From Candidatus Latescibacterota bacterium (GTDB lineage Bacteria; Latescibacterota; UBA2968; UBA8231), in contig OY730476.1 in the NCBI GenBank assembly GCA_963422735.1, forward strand, positions 1,504,001 through 1,568,000: 64,000 nt of DNA, written 5' to 3'. Each line of letters opens with the position of its first letter. Positions within the stretch are counted from its first letter, which is position 1. Shown piece by piece: positions 48,453-57,687 of the stretch. The position numbers and the translations under genes are program-made. The notes beneath the pieces are model-generated. The model ran no database searches. It saw nothing but the letters and a program-made list of their open reading frames with translations, and was not told the DNA's origin.

Positions 48453-49835
48453 ATGACTCTTCGCCTTTTCGACACCTATGCCCGCCAAGAGCGCCCCTTC
48501 ACACCACTCGCACCTCCCCAAGTCCGCCTGTACGCCTGCGGCCCGACCGTGTACAACTACCAGCACATCGGCAACTTGCGCACCTATATCTTCGAGGACA
48601 TCCTGCGGCGCACCCTCGAATACAGTGGCTATGCGGTCCACCACGTCGTCAACATCACCGACGTGGGGCACCTAACCTCCGACGCGGACACTGGCGAGGA
48701 CAAGATGGAGGCCGGCGCACGGCGCACCGGCCTGACGGCTTGGGAAATCGCCGAGCGCTACACCGCGGATTTCCAAGAGAAGCTCGAGTGGCTCAACGTG
48801 CGCACACCCCATGTCTGGTGCCGGGCCACCGACCACATCCGCGAGCAGATTGCAGCCATCGCCGCCATCGAAGAAAAAGGCTATGCGTACCGCACGGACG
48901 ACGGTCTGTACTTCGACACCTCGCGCCTGAGCGACTACGGCCACCTCGCCCGCCTCGATATTGAGGGCCTGCAAGGCGGCCAGCGCGTCGGTCTCGGACA
49001 AAAGCGCGGCGTCACGGACTTCGCGCTGTGGAAGCTCAGCCCGGCACAGACGCAGCGGCAGATGGAATGGGACAGCCCGTGGGGGCGCGGCTTTCCGGGC
49101 TGGCACATCGAATGCACCGCCATGGCAGCCAAGTACTTGGGGCCGTACTTCGACATCCACTGCGGCGGTGAGGATCACATCCCGGTCCACCACACCAACG
49201 AAATTGCCCAAGCCCAAGCCTGCTACGACACGCGGCTGGCCGAATTCTGGCTCCACGGCGCGTTTTTGCAACTCGACGGGGAGAAGATGTCCAAGTCGAG
49301 CGGCGACTTCCTTCGCCTTGAATCCCTCATCGAAAAGGGATACGACCCCCTCGCCTACCGCTTTTTCTGCCTCGGGGCGCGCTACCGGGCCAAGCTCTCC
49401 TTCACCTACGAGAGCCTCGCCGGAGCGGCCACAGCCCTCGATCGGCTGCGCGCAGCCGCCCACACTTGGGGTGCGCCATCTGAACCCGACGACCGCTACG
49501 TGGCCGCGTTCAAAGAGCGCGTCGAGAACGATCTCAACATGCCGCGAGTCCTCGCCTTGTGCTGGGAGCTTGTAGCTGACGATCTCCCCGACGCCGCCAA
49601 GAAGGCCACGCTCCTGCACTTCGACCAAGTCATGGGGCTGGGGTTGGCCACGTGGACGCCGCAAGAGGCGGACATACCCGACGCGATTCACGCGCTCGCC
49701 GCCCAGCGGCAACAGGCCCGCTCCGCCAAGGACTGGGCTACGGCCGACGCCCTGCGCGACGAAATCGCCGCAACTGGCTACGAAATCGAAGACACCCCCC
49801 AAGGCCCTCACATCCGCCCGCGCTCCAAAACCTAA
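48453..49835 (+). CDS. cysS: Cysteine--tRNA ligase
   Basis: CGPTVY..HIGN, DFALWK, PGWHIEC, HHTNE, KMSKS. Confidence 0.97.
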   Translation: MTLRLFDTYARQERPFTPLAPPQVRLYACGPTVYNYQHIGNLRTYIFEDILRRTLEYSGYAVHHVVNITDVGHLTSDADTGEDKMEAGARRTGLTAWEIAERYTADFQEKLEWLNVRTPHVWCRATDHIREQIAAIAAIEEKGYAYRTDDGLYFDTSRLSDYGHLARLDIEGLQGGQRVGLGQKRGVTDFALWKLSPAQTQRQMEWDSPWGRGFPGWHIECTAMAAKYLGPYFDIHCGGEDHIPVHHTNEIAQAQACYDTRLAEFWLHGAFLQLDGEKMSKSSGDFLRLESLIEKGYDPLAYRFFCLGARYRAKLSFTYESLAGAATALDRLRAAAHTWGAPSEPDDRYVAAFKERVENDLNMPRVLALCWELVADDLPDAAKKATLLHFDQVMGLGLATWTPQEADIPDAIHALAAQRQQARSAKDWATADALRDEIAATGYEIEDTPQGPHIRPRSKT

Positions 49836-49919
49836 TTCTGCCTATTTATTGCCGAGACCCACACCTCAGACAACGGCCCCCACATTCGCCCGCTCAAAAT
49901 CTAAACCGAACGGACGCCC

Positions 49920-51407
49920 ATGTCCCGCATTCTCGTCGCCGAGTGCAAGCAAGAAATCTCCTCCTTCAACCCGGTCATCGGCACGTACGACAACTTCTCC
50001 GTCCGCCGCGGCTCCGAACTGCTCACCTATCACCAAGGCCGCGAAACCGAGCTGTGCGGTGCCTTGCAGGTCTTCGCCGACAGCCACATCGAGGTCATCC
50101 CCACGTACGGAGCCTGCGCCCCGTCGGCCGGGCCTTTAGACCAACAGGACTTTGAGCGCCTTGCCGCCGAGTTGCTCGCCGAGGTTACACCGCATCTAGC
50201 TGAGGTCGACGGCATGTACTTCTGTCTGCACGGCGCCATGGGCTGCACCCAAGAGTTGGATCCAGAGGGCTACTTGCTGCAACAGATCCGCCAAAGTGCG
50301 GGCCCCGACTTCCCCATCGTGATCTCGCAAGACCTCCACGGCATTCTCACCCATCGCATGCTGGAGCACTCGAACGGCCTCGCCATTTATCACACCTATC
50401 CGCACGTCGATCTTGCCGACACCGGCCGCCGCGCCGCGTACTTGCTCCTCCAAGTCCTCGCCGGCGCTCAGCCGGTAGTGGCCCGCGTGCGGGTGCCCAC
50501 GCTCGTGCGCGGCAACGAGCTAATCACCGCCTCGGGAGTGTACGGAGAGTCCATCCGCTATTGCCAAGCTCTAGAAGAGCAGCCCGACATCCTCGCCGCC
50601 GGCATGATGATCGGCAACCCATTCACCGATGTGCCCGAGCTGTGCTCCCAAGCCATCGTCGTAGCCGATGCCGACCCCGACCTCGCCCGCAGCGAGGCCC
50701 TACATCTCGCCGAAGACTTTTGGGAACGCCGCGCACTCATGCAGCCCGACCTCGTGTCGGTCGAAGACGCCGTCGCCCAAGCCCCCCAATATAGCGGTCC
50801 GGTGCTCTTTACCGACGCAGCCGATGCCCCCTCTTCGGGCGCGACCGGCGACAGCAATGTCCTCGTCCAAGCCCTGTGCGCCAACGGGTACTGCGGCCAA
50901 GTGCTCGCGCCGCTGGTGGATGCGCCCGCCGCGTACATGGCCCACGACGCCGGGCTAGGCGCACGCATCCACGTGGTCTTGGGCGGCTCGCTCGACTCGC
51001 GCTTCGCCCCGCTCGATTTAGAGGTCGAAGTCACCCAGCTCGGCGACGGCGAATATCCCTGCGAATCTTGGAACACTCCCCAGCACGCCGGGCCTACGGC
51101 CGTGCTGCAAAGCGACGAGCTCACCATCGTCTGTGTCAGCCGCTCGGTGCCCTTTATCGATCGCTCGGTCTTTATCGCCCACGACATCAACCCCAAGGAC
51201 TACGACCTCATCGTCATCAAGTCGCCGCACTGCCAGTGGCACTTTTTCGACGAATGGGCCGAGAAAAACTTCAACATCGATGCCCTTGGATCGACCAGCG
51301 CGAACTTGCCCACCCTCGGGCACCGCGTCTGCCAACGGCCCATGTATCCGCTTGAACCCGATGCCCCTTTTACCCCGGTCGCCGAGATGTTCGGCACAGG
51401 AGCGTAG
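49920..51407 (+). CDS. M81 family metallopeptidase (MlrC-like)
   Basis: QEISSFNP, LHGAM, DPEG, DLHG, TYPHVD, DAADAPSSG. Confidence 0.9.
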   Translation: MSRILVAECKQEISSFNPVIGTYDNFSVRRGSELLTYHQGRETELCGALQVFADSHIEVIPTYGACAPSAGPLDQQDFERLAAELLAEVTPHLAEVDGMYFCLHGAMGCTQELDPEGYLLQQIRQSAGPDFPIVISQDLHGILTHRMLEHSNGLAIYHTYPHVDLADTGRRAAYLLLQVLAGAQPVVARVRVPTLVRGNELITASGVYGESIRYCQALEEQPDILAAGMMIGNPFTDVPELCSQAIVVADADPDLARSEALHLAEDFWERRALMQPDLVSVEDAVAQAPQYSGPVLFTDAADAPSSGATGDSNVLVQALCANGYCGQVLAPLVDAPAAYMAHDAGLGARIHVVLGGSLDSRFAPLDLEVEVTQLGDGEYPCESWNTPQHAGPTAVLQSDELTIVCVSRSVPFIDRSVFIAHDINPKDYDLIVIKSPHCQWHFFDEWAEKNFNIDALGSTSANLPTLGHRVCQRPMYPLEPDAPFTPVAEMFGTGA

Positions 51408-51410
51408 TTT

Positions 51411-52172
51411 ATGCCCACCATCAAACAATCCGTCTGCTTCAATCCCTTCACCGGTAGCGGCCTCAGCCCGCAGGAACTCGTCGCTGCCGCTGCTCGCATC
51501 GGCTATCAATCCGTAGAGATGGCCCCTCAGGAGCACTGGCCGCTCATCCAAGACCACGGCCTCGCCATCGCCATCGTCTCCGGGCACGCTTCCCTACCCG
51601 ACGGCCTCAACAAGCCCGAAAACCACGACCGAATCGAAGACGAGATCTTGGCCAACTGCGACCTCGCCGTTGAATACGGTATTCCCTCGCTAATTTGCTT
51701 TTCCGGCAACTGCGAGGGCCGCTCCTCAGAAGAGGGCCTCGCCAACTGCGTCGCTGGCCTGCGCCGCGTCACCGGTGCCGCCGAGGAAAAAGGCATTACC
51801 CTCTGCATGGAATTGCTCAACTCGCGCGTCAACCATCCCGACTACCAGTGCGACCGCACCGCCTGGGGCGTGGCCCTGTGCCGGGCCGTCGGCTCGCCCC
51901 GCTTCAAGCTGCTCTACGACATCTACCACATGCAGATCATGGAAGGCGATCTCATCCGCAACATCACCAACCACATCAACTGCATCGGCCACTTCCACAC
52001 GGCCGGCAACCCCGGTCGCCAAGACCTCGACGATCAGCAGGAGATCTACTATCCGCCGATCACGCAGGCCATCGCCGCCACCTCCTACGCGGGCTACGTC
52101 GGCCACGAGTATCGGCCCAAAGGCGATCCCATCGCCTCGCTGACCCACGCCTTTTCCGTCTGCGATGTCTGA
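51411..52172 (+). CDS. Hydroxypyruvate isomerase family TIM-barrel protein
   Basis: MELLNS..HPDY..D, LLYDIYHMQIMEG, HFHTAGNPGR, GHEY. Confidence 0.9.
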   Translation: MPTIKQSVCFNPFTGSGLSPQELVAAAARIGYQSVEMAPQEHWPLIQDHGLAIAIVSGHASLPDGLNKPENHDRIEDEILANCDLAVEYGIPSLICFSGNCEGRSSEEGLANCVAGLRRVTGAAEEKGITLCMELLNSRVNHPDYQCDRTAWGVALCRAVGSPRFKLLYDIYHMQIMEGDLIRNITNHINCIGHFHTAGNPGRQDLDDQQEIYYPPITQAIAATSYAGYVGHEYRPKGDPIASLTHAFSVCDV

Positions 52173-52275
52173 AAAGCCGTCTGAAAACCCCCGGCGATGG
52201 TCGCATGGGGGCAAGTAACCGCAGATGAACGCAGATGCGGGATGACCTTATTGGGGGCGTACGCGAAATTTTCAA

Positions 52276-53088
52276 ATGGTCTGTGAGACAACAATCGCGC
52301 CCACTGGCGGTGCACTCGGCGCGGAGATCAAAGGCTGCGACCTGTCCGCGCCACTCGCGCCCGGTCAAGTCGCGCAGGTGCGCCAAGCACTTCTCTACCA
52401 CGGCGTAGTTTTCTTTCGCCAGCAGCAACTCAGCGACGAGGACCAAGTGCGCTTCACCGCGTACTTTGGCAAACCTGTACCGCACGTGCGCCAGCAGCGC
52501 CCACGGCGGGTCAAGGAGATTTTTCTCATCTCCAATGTCAAAGAAAACGGCGAGCCAATCGGCGAACTAGGCGACGAGCTGATTCCCTTTCACTCGGATC
52601 TTTCCTACCTACAGCGCCCCGGCACCCTCTCGGTACTCTACGCGGTGGAGATTCCCTCGCAGGGCGGCCAGACTCAGTGGTGCAATTGCACGGCCGCCTA
52701 CGAAGTGCTCGACGACGCTTGGAAAGCCCGCCTCAAGGGGATGCGCGCGGTGCATCGCCACTACGTCGAGGAGCAAAACCCCTCCGAGCACGTCGCCCAC
52801 CCCATTGTCCGCACCCATCCCGAAACAGGTCGCCGCTCGCTCTACGTAGGGCCGCACCTGACCCAATACGTCGTCGGCCTCAGCCGCCAACAAAGCGACG
52901 CCCTGCTCGGCGAACTGTACGCCCATCTCGAACAGCCGCGCTTTGTCTGGACCCATGAGTGGCAAGTCGGCGACCTCGTCCTCTTCGACAACCGCTCGAC
53001 CATGCACCGCCGCCTCGCCTTCCCCCCAGACCAGCGCCGCCTGATGAAACGCACTCAGGTTTTCAACGACGAAATACCGGTGGAGTGA
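52276..53088 (+). CDS. TauD/TfdA family 2-oxoglutarate dioxygenase
   Basis: FHSDLSY, HPIVRTHPETG, FDNRSTMHR. Confidence 0.92.
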   Translation: MVCETTIAPTGGALGAEIKGCDLSAPLAPGQVAQVRQALLYHGVVFFRQQQLSDEDQVRFTAYFGKPVPHVRQQRPRRVKEIFLISNVKENGEPIGELGDELIPFHSDLSYLQRPGTLSVLYAVEIPSQGGQTQWCNCTAAYEVLDDAWKARLKGMRAVHRHYVEEQNPSEHVAHPIVRTHPETGRRSLYVGPHLTQYVVGLSRQQSDALLGELYAHLEQPRFVWTHEWQVGDLVLFDNRSTMHRRLAFPPDQRRLMKRTQVFNDEIPVE

Positions 53089-53643
53089 ACACTCTTTCGC
53101 CCGCTTCGCCCTCCAGCACGACGTGATTGACACCGGGCAACCCACCGTCGAAGTCCACCGCACCGATAGCCTCATCCGCGTGCGCATCGGCGAGGAGGAG
53201 GCGTTAGTCCATCACGAATTTCAAACCACCGATAGTACCCCGCCGATGCCGCGCCGCATGGCCGGCTATATCGGGCACGGCATTGAGCAGCACGGCCTAC
53301 CGATCTACTCCAGCGTCATCTATCTGCGTCCAGAGGCCGACCGAACCGATTCGGGGTACTATACCCAAGAGCGGCACGGCTTCCGCGTGTTGGTCCAATA
53401 CCAAGTGATTCGACTGAGTGAACTAGACGGCCAACGCATCCTCGACGGGAGGCCTTTGGGCTTGCTTCCGTTGTCACGCCTGAAGGCGCGGTGAAATACG
53501 CCGTTAATGCAGCGGCCGGCAGGTGTGGATGCAGAGGCGTGGCTGCGCCAGTATGTGAACCGGGCGCAAGCAGTACCGATGGACGAAACTCTCAAGGCGA
53601 ATTATCTGGCCGATCTTGCCATTTTGAGCGGACTGGTGTATAA
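53085..53643 (+). pseudogene. Rpn/YadD-like (PD-(D/E)XK putative transposase) remnant
   Basis: DSLIRV...HHEFQT....MPRRMAGY, VIYLRP, GLLP..PLM; internal TGA inside a 24-bp insertion. Confidence 0.7.
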
Positions 53644-53980
53644 AGCGGAATCACTGTCGTTGGCCATGCTTGAAATCCTCGTCAACCTCGACTCAGCTGC
53701 AACCCTTGATCGGTATCTGAGCATTCCGGTCGAATTTGACCACAGCCTGTGCAAGGTACTGGCATTGGACGGGGCGTCCAATCCGGTGCCGCCGAACGTC
53801 CAAGAGATGGGCTCTAGGTGGGCCGCCGGTCGTGAATCAGCAGTGCTCGTCGTTTCCAGTGCCATCGTTTTGCAGGAACACAATTTCCTCTTAAATCCAC
53901 AGCATCCCGGCTTCGCGCAAATACGCATCGGCCACTCCACCGAGTTCAACTTCGATCAGAGGCTAATTAGGGAATTTTAA
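53644..53980 (+). pseudogene. RES-domain toxin C-terminal remnant, fused in frame to the Rpn remnant
   Basis: AESLSLAMLEILVNL...SAVLVVSSAIV.QEHNFLLNPQHP.F...FDQRL. Confidence 0.7.
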
Positions 53981-54099
53981 GGCGAATGCGGTTTCGTTTG
54001 CGGATTTCAAACTGAGACAATACCATAAATCGACACAAAAACTTCCCGGCAGATCGTCTGTCGGCTGCTTGAGTTCTCTCTTTCGATCTTATAGGAACC

Positions 54100-55074
54100 A
54101 TGTTTAAAGCACTCATCTTACATGAGCACTCCGCCCTCATCGAAGAGCTCGACGAAAGCCGCCTGCCCCCAGGCGACGTAGAAATCGCCGTCGCGTACTC
54201 CTCGCTCAACTACAAGGACGGGCTGGTCCTCAACGGCTTGGGCGGATTAGTCAAAACCTACCCGCACGTTCCCGGCATCGACCTCGCCGGTACCGTCGTT
54301 TACAGCCAGAGCGACCGGTTCCAACCCGGCGACCAAGTTATCTGCACTGGCTGGCGCGTCGGCGAAATCCACTGGGGCGGATACGCGCAAAAGGCGCGAC
54401 TCAAGGCCGACTGGCTCGTGCCCCTACCCGCTGATCTGACGCTGCGCACCGCCATGGGCCTGGGTGCCGCGGGCCTGACCGCGGCTATCTCCTTAGAAGC
54501 GCTCGAAGCCCACGGCCTCACGCCCGACAAAGGCGAGGTCCTCGTCACCGGGGCGGCCGGCGGCGTCGGCTCCTTCTCCGTCCTGCTCCTCGCTGCCCTC
54601 GGCTACCAAGTCGCCGCCTCCACCGGCCGCCCCGAACTCGAACCCTATCTAAAAGACCTCGGTGCCCAGACCATCATCCCGCGCCAAGACCTCGCCGAGC
54701 CATCCAACAAACCTTTGGAGAGTGCGCGCTGGGCCGCTTGCATCGACTCGGTCGGCGGCACTACTCTAGCCCGCGTCTTGGCCCAGATGAATTACGGGGC
54801 TTCCGTCGCCGCGGTGGGCTTAGCCGGTGGTGCCCAACTTGCAACCACCGTCATCCCCTTCTTGCTGCGCGGCATCAACATCCTCGGCATCGACTCCGTG
54901 TTCTACCCAGCCGAGCGCCGCGCTGCCGCTTGGGCGCACCTAGCCAATAAGCTACCCTTGGAAAAATTAGACCTTATCTGCACTGAGGTCGGTTTAGCCA
55001 ATGTCCCCCGCCTCGGCAAGGACATCTTAGCTGGCAAAGTGCAGGGGCGCGTCATCGTCAACCCCCATCAGTAA
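54100..55074 (+). CDS. acuI: MDR-family oxidoreductase YhdH/AcuI (acryloyl-CoA reductase-like)
   Basis: YSSLNYKDGL, PHVPGIDLAG, VTGAAGGVGS, PFLLRG...GIDSV. Confidence 0.85.
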   Translation: MFKALILHEHSALIEELDESRLPPGDVEIAVAYSSLNYKDGLVLNGLGGLVKTYPHVPGIDLAGTVVYSQSDRFQPGDQVICTGWRVGEIHWGGYAQKARLKADWLVPLPADLTLRTAMGLGAAGLTAAISLEALEAHGLTPDKGEVLVTGAAGGVGSFSVLLLAALGYQVAASTGRPELEPYLKDLGAQTIIPRQDLAEPSNKPLESARWAACIDSVGGTTLARVLAQMNYGASVAAVGLAGGAQLATTVIPFLLRGINILGIDSVFYPAERRAAAWAHLANKLPLEKLDLICTEVGLANVPRLGKDILAGKVQGRVIVNPHQ

Positions 55075-55098
55075 ATAACACGATAGGAAAAGCACACT

Positions 55099-56082
55099 AT
55101 GCGCCGACTCGCGCTTCTACTGCTCACCCTAGCAGCTACCCAAGCTGGAGCCGACCCCAACATGCCCGGTACCGATCGCATCACCTACTTTGGCTACGAA
55201 GACTGCATCCTCCTCGAAAACGCCCACACCCGCGTCGTCCTCACCGCATCGGCCGGCCGCATCCTCGAGTACTCGCGCAAAGGCCCTAACGCCATCTACC
55301 TCGACCCCGCTCAAGAAGGCGCGACCTTTGAAAGCGGCGATCCTCCCTTCGGCCCCACTGGCGGCCGCCTCGACATCGGCCCGGAAATGGTCATCCCCGC
55401 TCATCCCGACCTTTGGCTCGGGCAGTGGGAAAGCCAGATTACCGGCCCGCGCTCGGCGCGCCTGATCAGCAAAAAGGACGAGCCTACCGGCGTCCAACTC
55501 ATCCGCGACTTCCAGCTCGCCGAGCACTCCACTCACTTGAGCGTCACCCAGACCATCAAAAACGTCTCTGATAGCGAAAAGCAGTGGGGCCACTGGAGCC
55601 GCACCTTCGGCACCGGCGGCGGCATCGTGCTCATTCCCCTGACGCCCGCAAGCCGCTTCCCGGTCTCCTATGTCATGTATGGCCCCGGGCCGGTTATCAA
55701 CTACCGCCCCGAAGACCCCAACATCCGCATCCGCGACAACTTCCTCGAAGTCCTCTCCACCCCTTTGCGACCCAAGCTCGGCATGGACTCCCAAGCCGGA
55801 TGGTTCGCCTATCTCGACCGCAACGACCTGCTATGGGTCAAGCGCTATCCAGTGTACCCCGACCGCCCTTATGGCGAACTGGCCGGACTGACTATCTCGA
55901 TATGGTATTACCAAGATCTGATGTGCGAGTTGGAGCCTATCGGCCCGCGCGAGGAGATCCCGCCCGGCGGCCAAGCCTCCTTCACCGAGGACTGGTGGCT
56001 TTTGCCCTACGCCTACCCCTATGACGGCAGCGACCTCGATCTCAAAGCCATCAGCGCACTGGTGGAGCGAGAGGCGCGATGA
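55099..56082 (+). CDS. Secreted hypothetical protein (galactose-mutarotase-like fold suspected)
   Basis: Signal peptide; 327-aa ORF with typical codon usage; ELEPIGP...SFTEDW tail. Confidence 0.7.
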   Translation: MRRLALLLLTLAATQAGADPNMPGTDRITYFGYEDCILLENAHTRVVLTASAGRILEYSRKGPNAIYLDPAQEGATFESGDPPFGPTGGRLDIGPEMVIPAHPDLWLGQWESQITGPRSARLISKKDEPTGVQLIRDFQLAEHSTHLSVTQTIKNVSDSEKQWGHWSRTFGTGGGIVLIPLTPASRFPVSYVMYGPGPVINYRPEDPNIRIRDNFLEVLSTPLRPKLGMDSQAGWFAYLDRNDLLWVKRYPVYPDRPYGELAGLTISIWYYQDLMCELEPIGPREEIPPGGQASFTEDWWLLPYAYPYDGSDLDLKAISALVEREAR

Positions 56083-56163
56083 CCATAAAAAACCGCCGCC
56101 AACTCGGTCGGCTCCACGAGGAGGCCATAGAGCCGAGGCCCAAGAGTCATGGCCGCCCTCCGG

Positions 56164-56520
56164 TCAGTGCAACAAGGTTAGCTTGTGCGTCTCAATAGTC
56201 CCATTGACTGAAAGCACCATAAGATACGTGCCCGACGCTTGGAACTGCCCGGCTTGGGGGTCAATCTCCGGCCGACTTTGCAAGTAGCGGTAACAGGCGA
56301 CCACATCCTCTATGTCGCCGGTGCCTATGCTGTAGCGGCGATAGTCGATGTCGAAGTAAGCATAGCCGTCTGCCAGCATATAGGACCGCACGTACCGGGC
56401 GTAACCCGGCCCGGGGGGCAACCCCCGACCGCTGTGGATATACATGAGTGCCGGGTTCGGACCCTCGCCGACGGATAAAAATGGGCGCCGTCGTACGACT
56501 CGACGAAGAGGTATTCTGCC
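56164..56520 (-). pseudogene. Chimeric debris: alpha/beta-hydrolase fragment joined to a secretion-tail-like fragment
   Basis: GPNPALMYIH...DIDYRRY...DVVACYRYLQSRPEID then SGTYLMVLSVNG...KLTLLH. Confidence 0.5.
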
Positions 56521-56541
56521 TATTCGGCGAAAGCCGCCGAA

Positions 56542-57510
56542 TCAGCCATCACCGCGACCAAGGCGAGAAGACTCCGTTTCTTCAAGGGAAACCTCCTTTG
56601 GCAAGCGACCAAAATCTCTCAATGCTTTCAAGGTATCGACCGTGATCCTGGACTGCCATTCTCTCTTGGCTGTCCGCCACGCTTCCGAATGCGGATCTCC
56701 CCACGAGAAATTCGGAGACCAATATCCCTCCTCGCTCTGCTGTTCAACCTCAAAGTCCAAGTTCATCTCCACTTCATTCGCAAGCCCAGCGGCCAAAGGT
56801 GATTCGGGAGAGGAAACTAGCCACAGGGGCTTGAGGGCATAGCCAACCAACTGCTCTGCATCCCGGACAACACTATGCGCCGCCGCTCGGGCTAGTTTCT
56901 CCCATACTCGATCCCTTTTTGGCAGAGTTTTAGTCTCCGCGAGCCGGATTGAACAGAGGATGTCGTGTATCTCCATTTCGTCGGGCAGGGAGTCCAGATG
57001 CTCCAGAACGGCCCCAGTTAATATCTTCAGCAATCTCATCGGCACCCCATCGCTAAAGTCGTGCAAATATCCGACAATCTCAGCGCGCGGATTGACCAGA
57101 AAGTGCCCGAAGGTCACCGCGCTTTTCTCATAATTCCACCAAGGGGCGTGGGGCGCCTCATTCACTTTGGGTGGAACGATTGGCCACGCCTGCCGGGACT
57201 CGTCGTATGTGGCGAGAAAGTACTCGATTCCCTTCCGGGCCATAGCGTGGTCTGCAGGGGCCCGAATTTCTCTGAGAATCTGGAAAGCTACCGTGGTAGC
57301 AATCGCAGACGAAGCCGGTGTCCTGATGTCGGGTTCTAGGCCATGGCCGAATCCGCCGTCGTCATTTTGGTAAGATGCCAGCGCGGCCAGAACGGCATCG
57401 GCAGATCCATCTTCAAAGTGAAATTCAAAACGCCTTCGGTCCAACTTTCTCCCCTGATCCACTACGAAGGCCCGTGCTCTCTGAAATGCTGCTTGCGCGA
57501 GTCTTTTCAT
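56542..57510 (-). CDS. Prenyltransferase/squalene-oxidase repeat (alpha-alpha toroid) hypothetical protein
   Basis: YQNDDGGFGHGLEPD, HAPWW, QQSEEGYW; lower GC. Confidence 0.75.
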   Translation of the reverse strand: MKRLAQAAFQRARAFVVDQGRKLDRRRFEFHFEDGSADAVLAALASYQNDDGGFGHGLEPDIRTPASSAIATTVAFQILREIRAPADHAMARKGIEYFLATYDESRQAWPIVPPKVNEAPHAPWWNYEKSAVTFGHFLVNPRAEIVGYLHDFSDGVPMRLLKILTGAVLEHLDSLPDEMEIHDILCSIRLAETKTLPKRDRVWEKLARAAAHSVVRDAEQLVGYALKPLWLVSSPESPLAAGLANEVEMNLDFEVEQQSEEGYWSPNFSWGDPHSEAWRTAKREWQSRITVDTLKALRDFGRLPKEVSLEETESSRLGRGDG

Positions 57511-57544
57511 TTTTGACCTGTCCGTTGGTTTACTGGTTTATTAC

Positions 57545-57573
57545 TGCACAAAAATATACTATCTATTTGTGCA
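57545..57573. promoter_or_regulatory. Inverted repeat in an AT-rich divergent intergenic region
   Basis: TGCACAAA-N13-TTTGTGCA. Confidence 0.4.
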
Positions 57574-57687
57574 TATATCAAATGCTTACAGAGGTAATCG
57601 CCTTAAGGCAATCCTCCAGTCACCATCGGAAGCAGTCGCGTCCGTCCGCTTGCTGGACGGGATGCTTAGGACCGATATTGGGACGCT

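Noticed and set aside
49920-51407. MlrC-like gene as evidence of microcystin degradation
   Set aside because: M81 peptidases are widespread and mlrA, mlrB and mlrD are absent from the window.
52176-52185. GCCGTCTGAA, identical to the Neisseria DNA uptake sequence
   Set aside because: Only one occurrence noticed in a high-GC non-Neisseria sequence; compatible with chance.
52218-52237. Short CGCAGATGAA-CGCAGATG tandem repeat next to a hairpin
   Set aside because: Only two units and no inverted partner seen; too little to call an element.
56433-56441. TGTGGATAT DnaA-box-like 9-mer near the skew switch
   Set aside because: Single imperfect box inside gene debris; no cluster.
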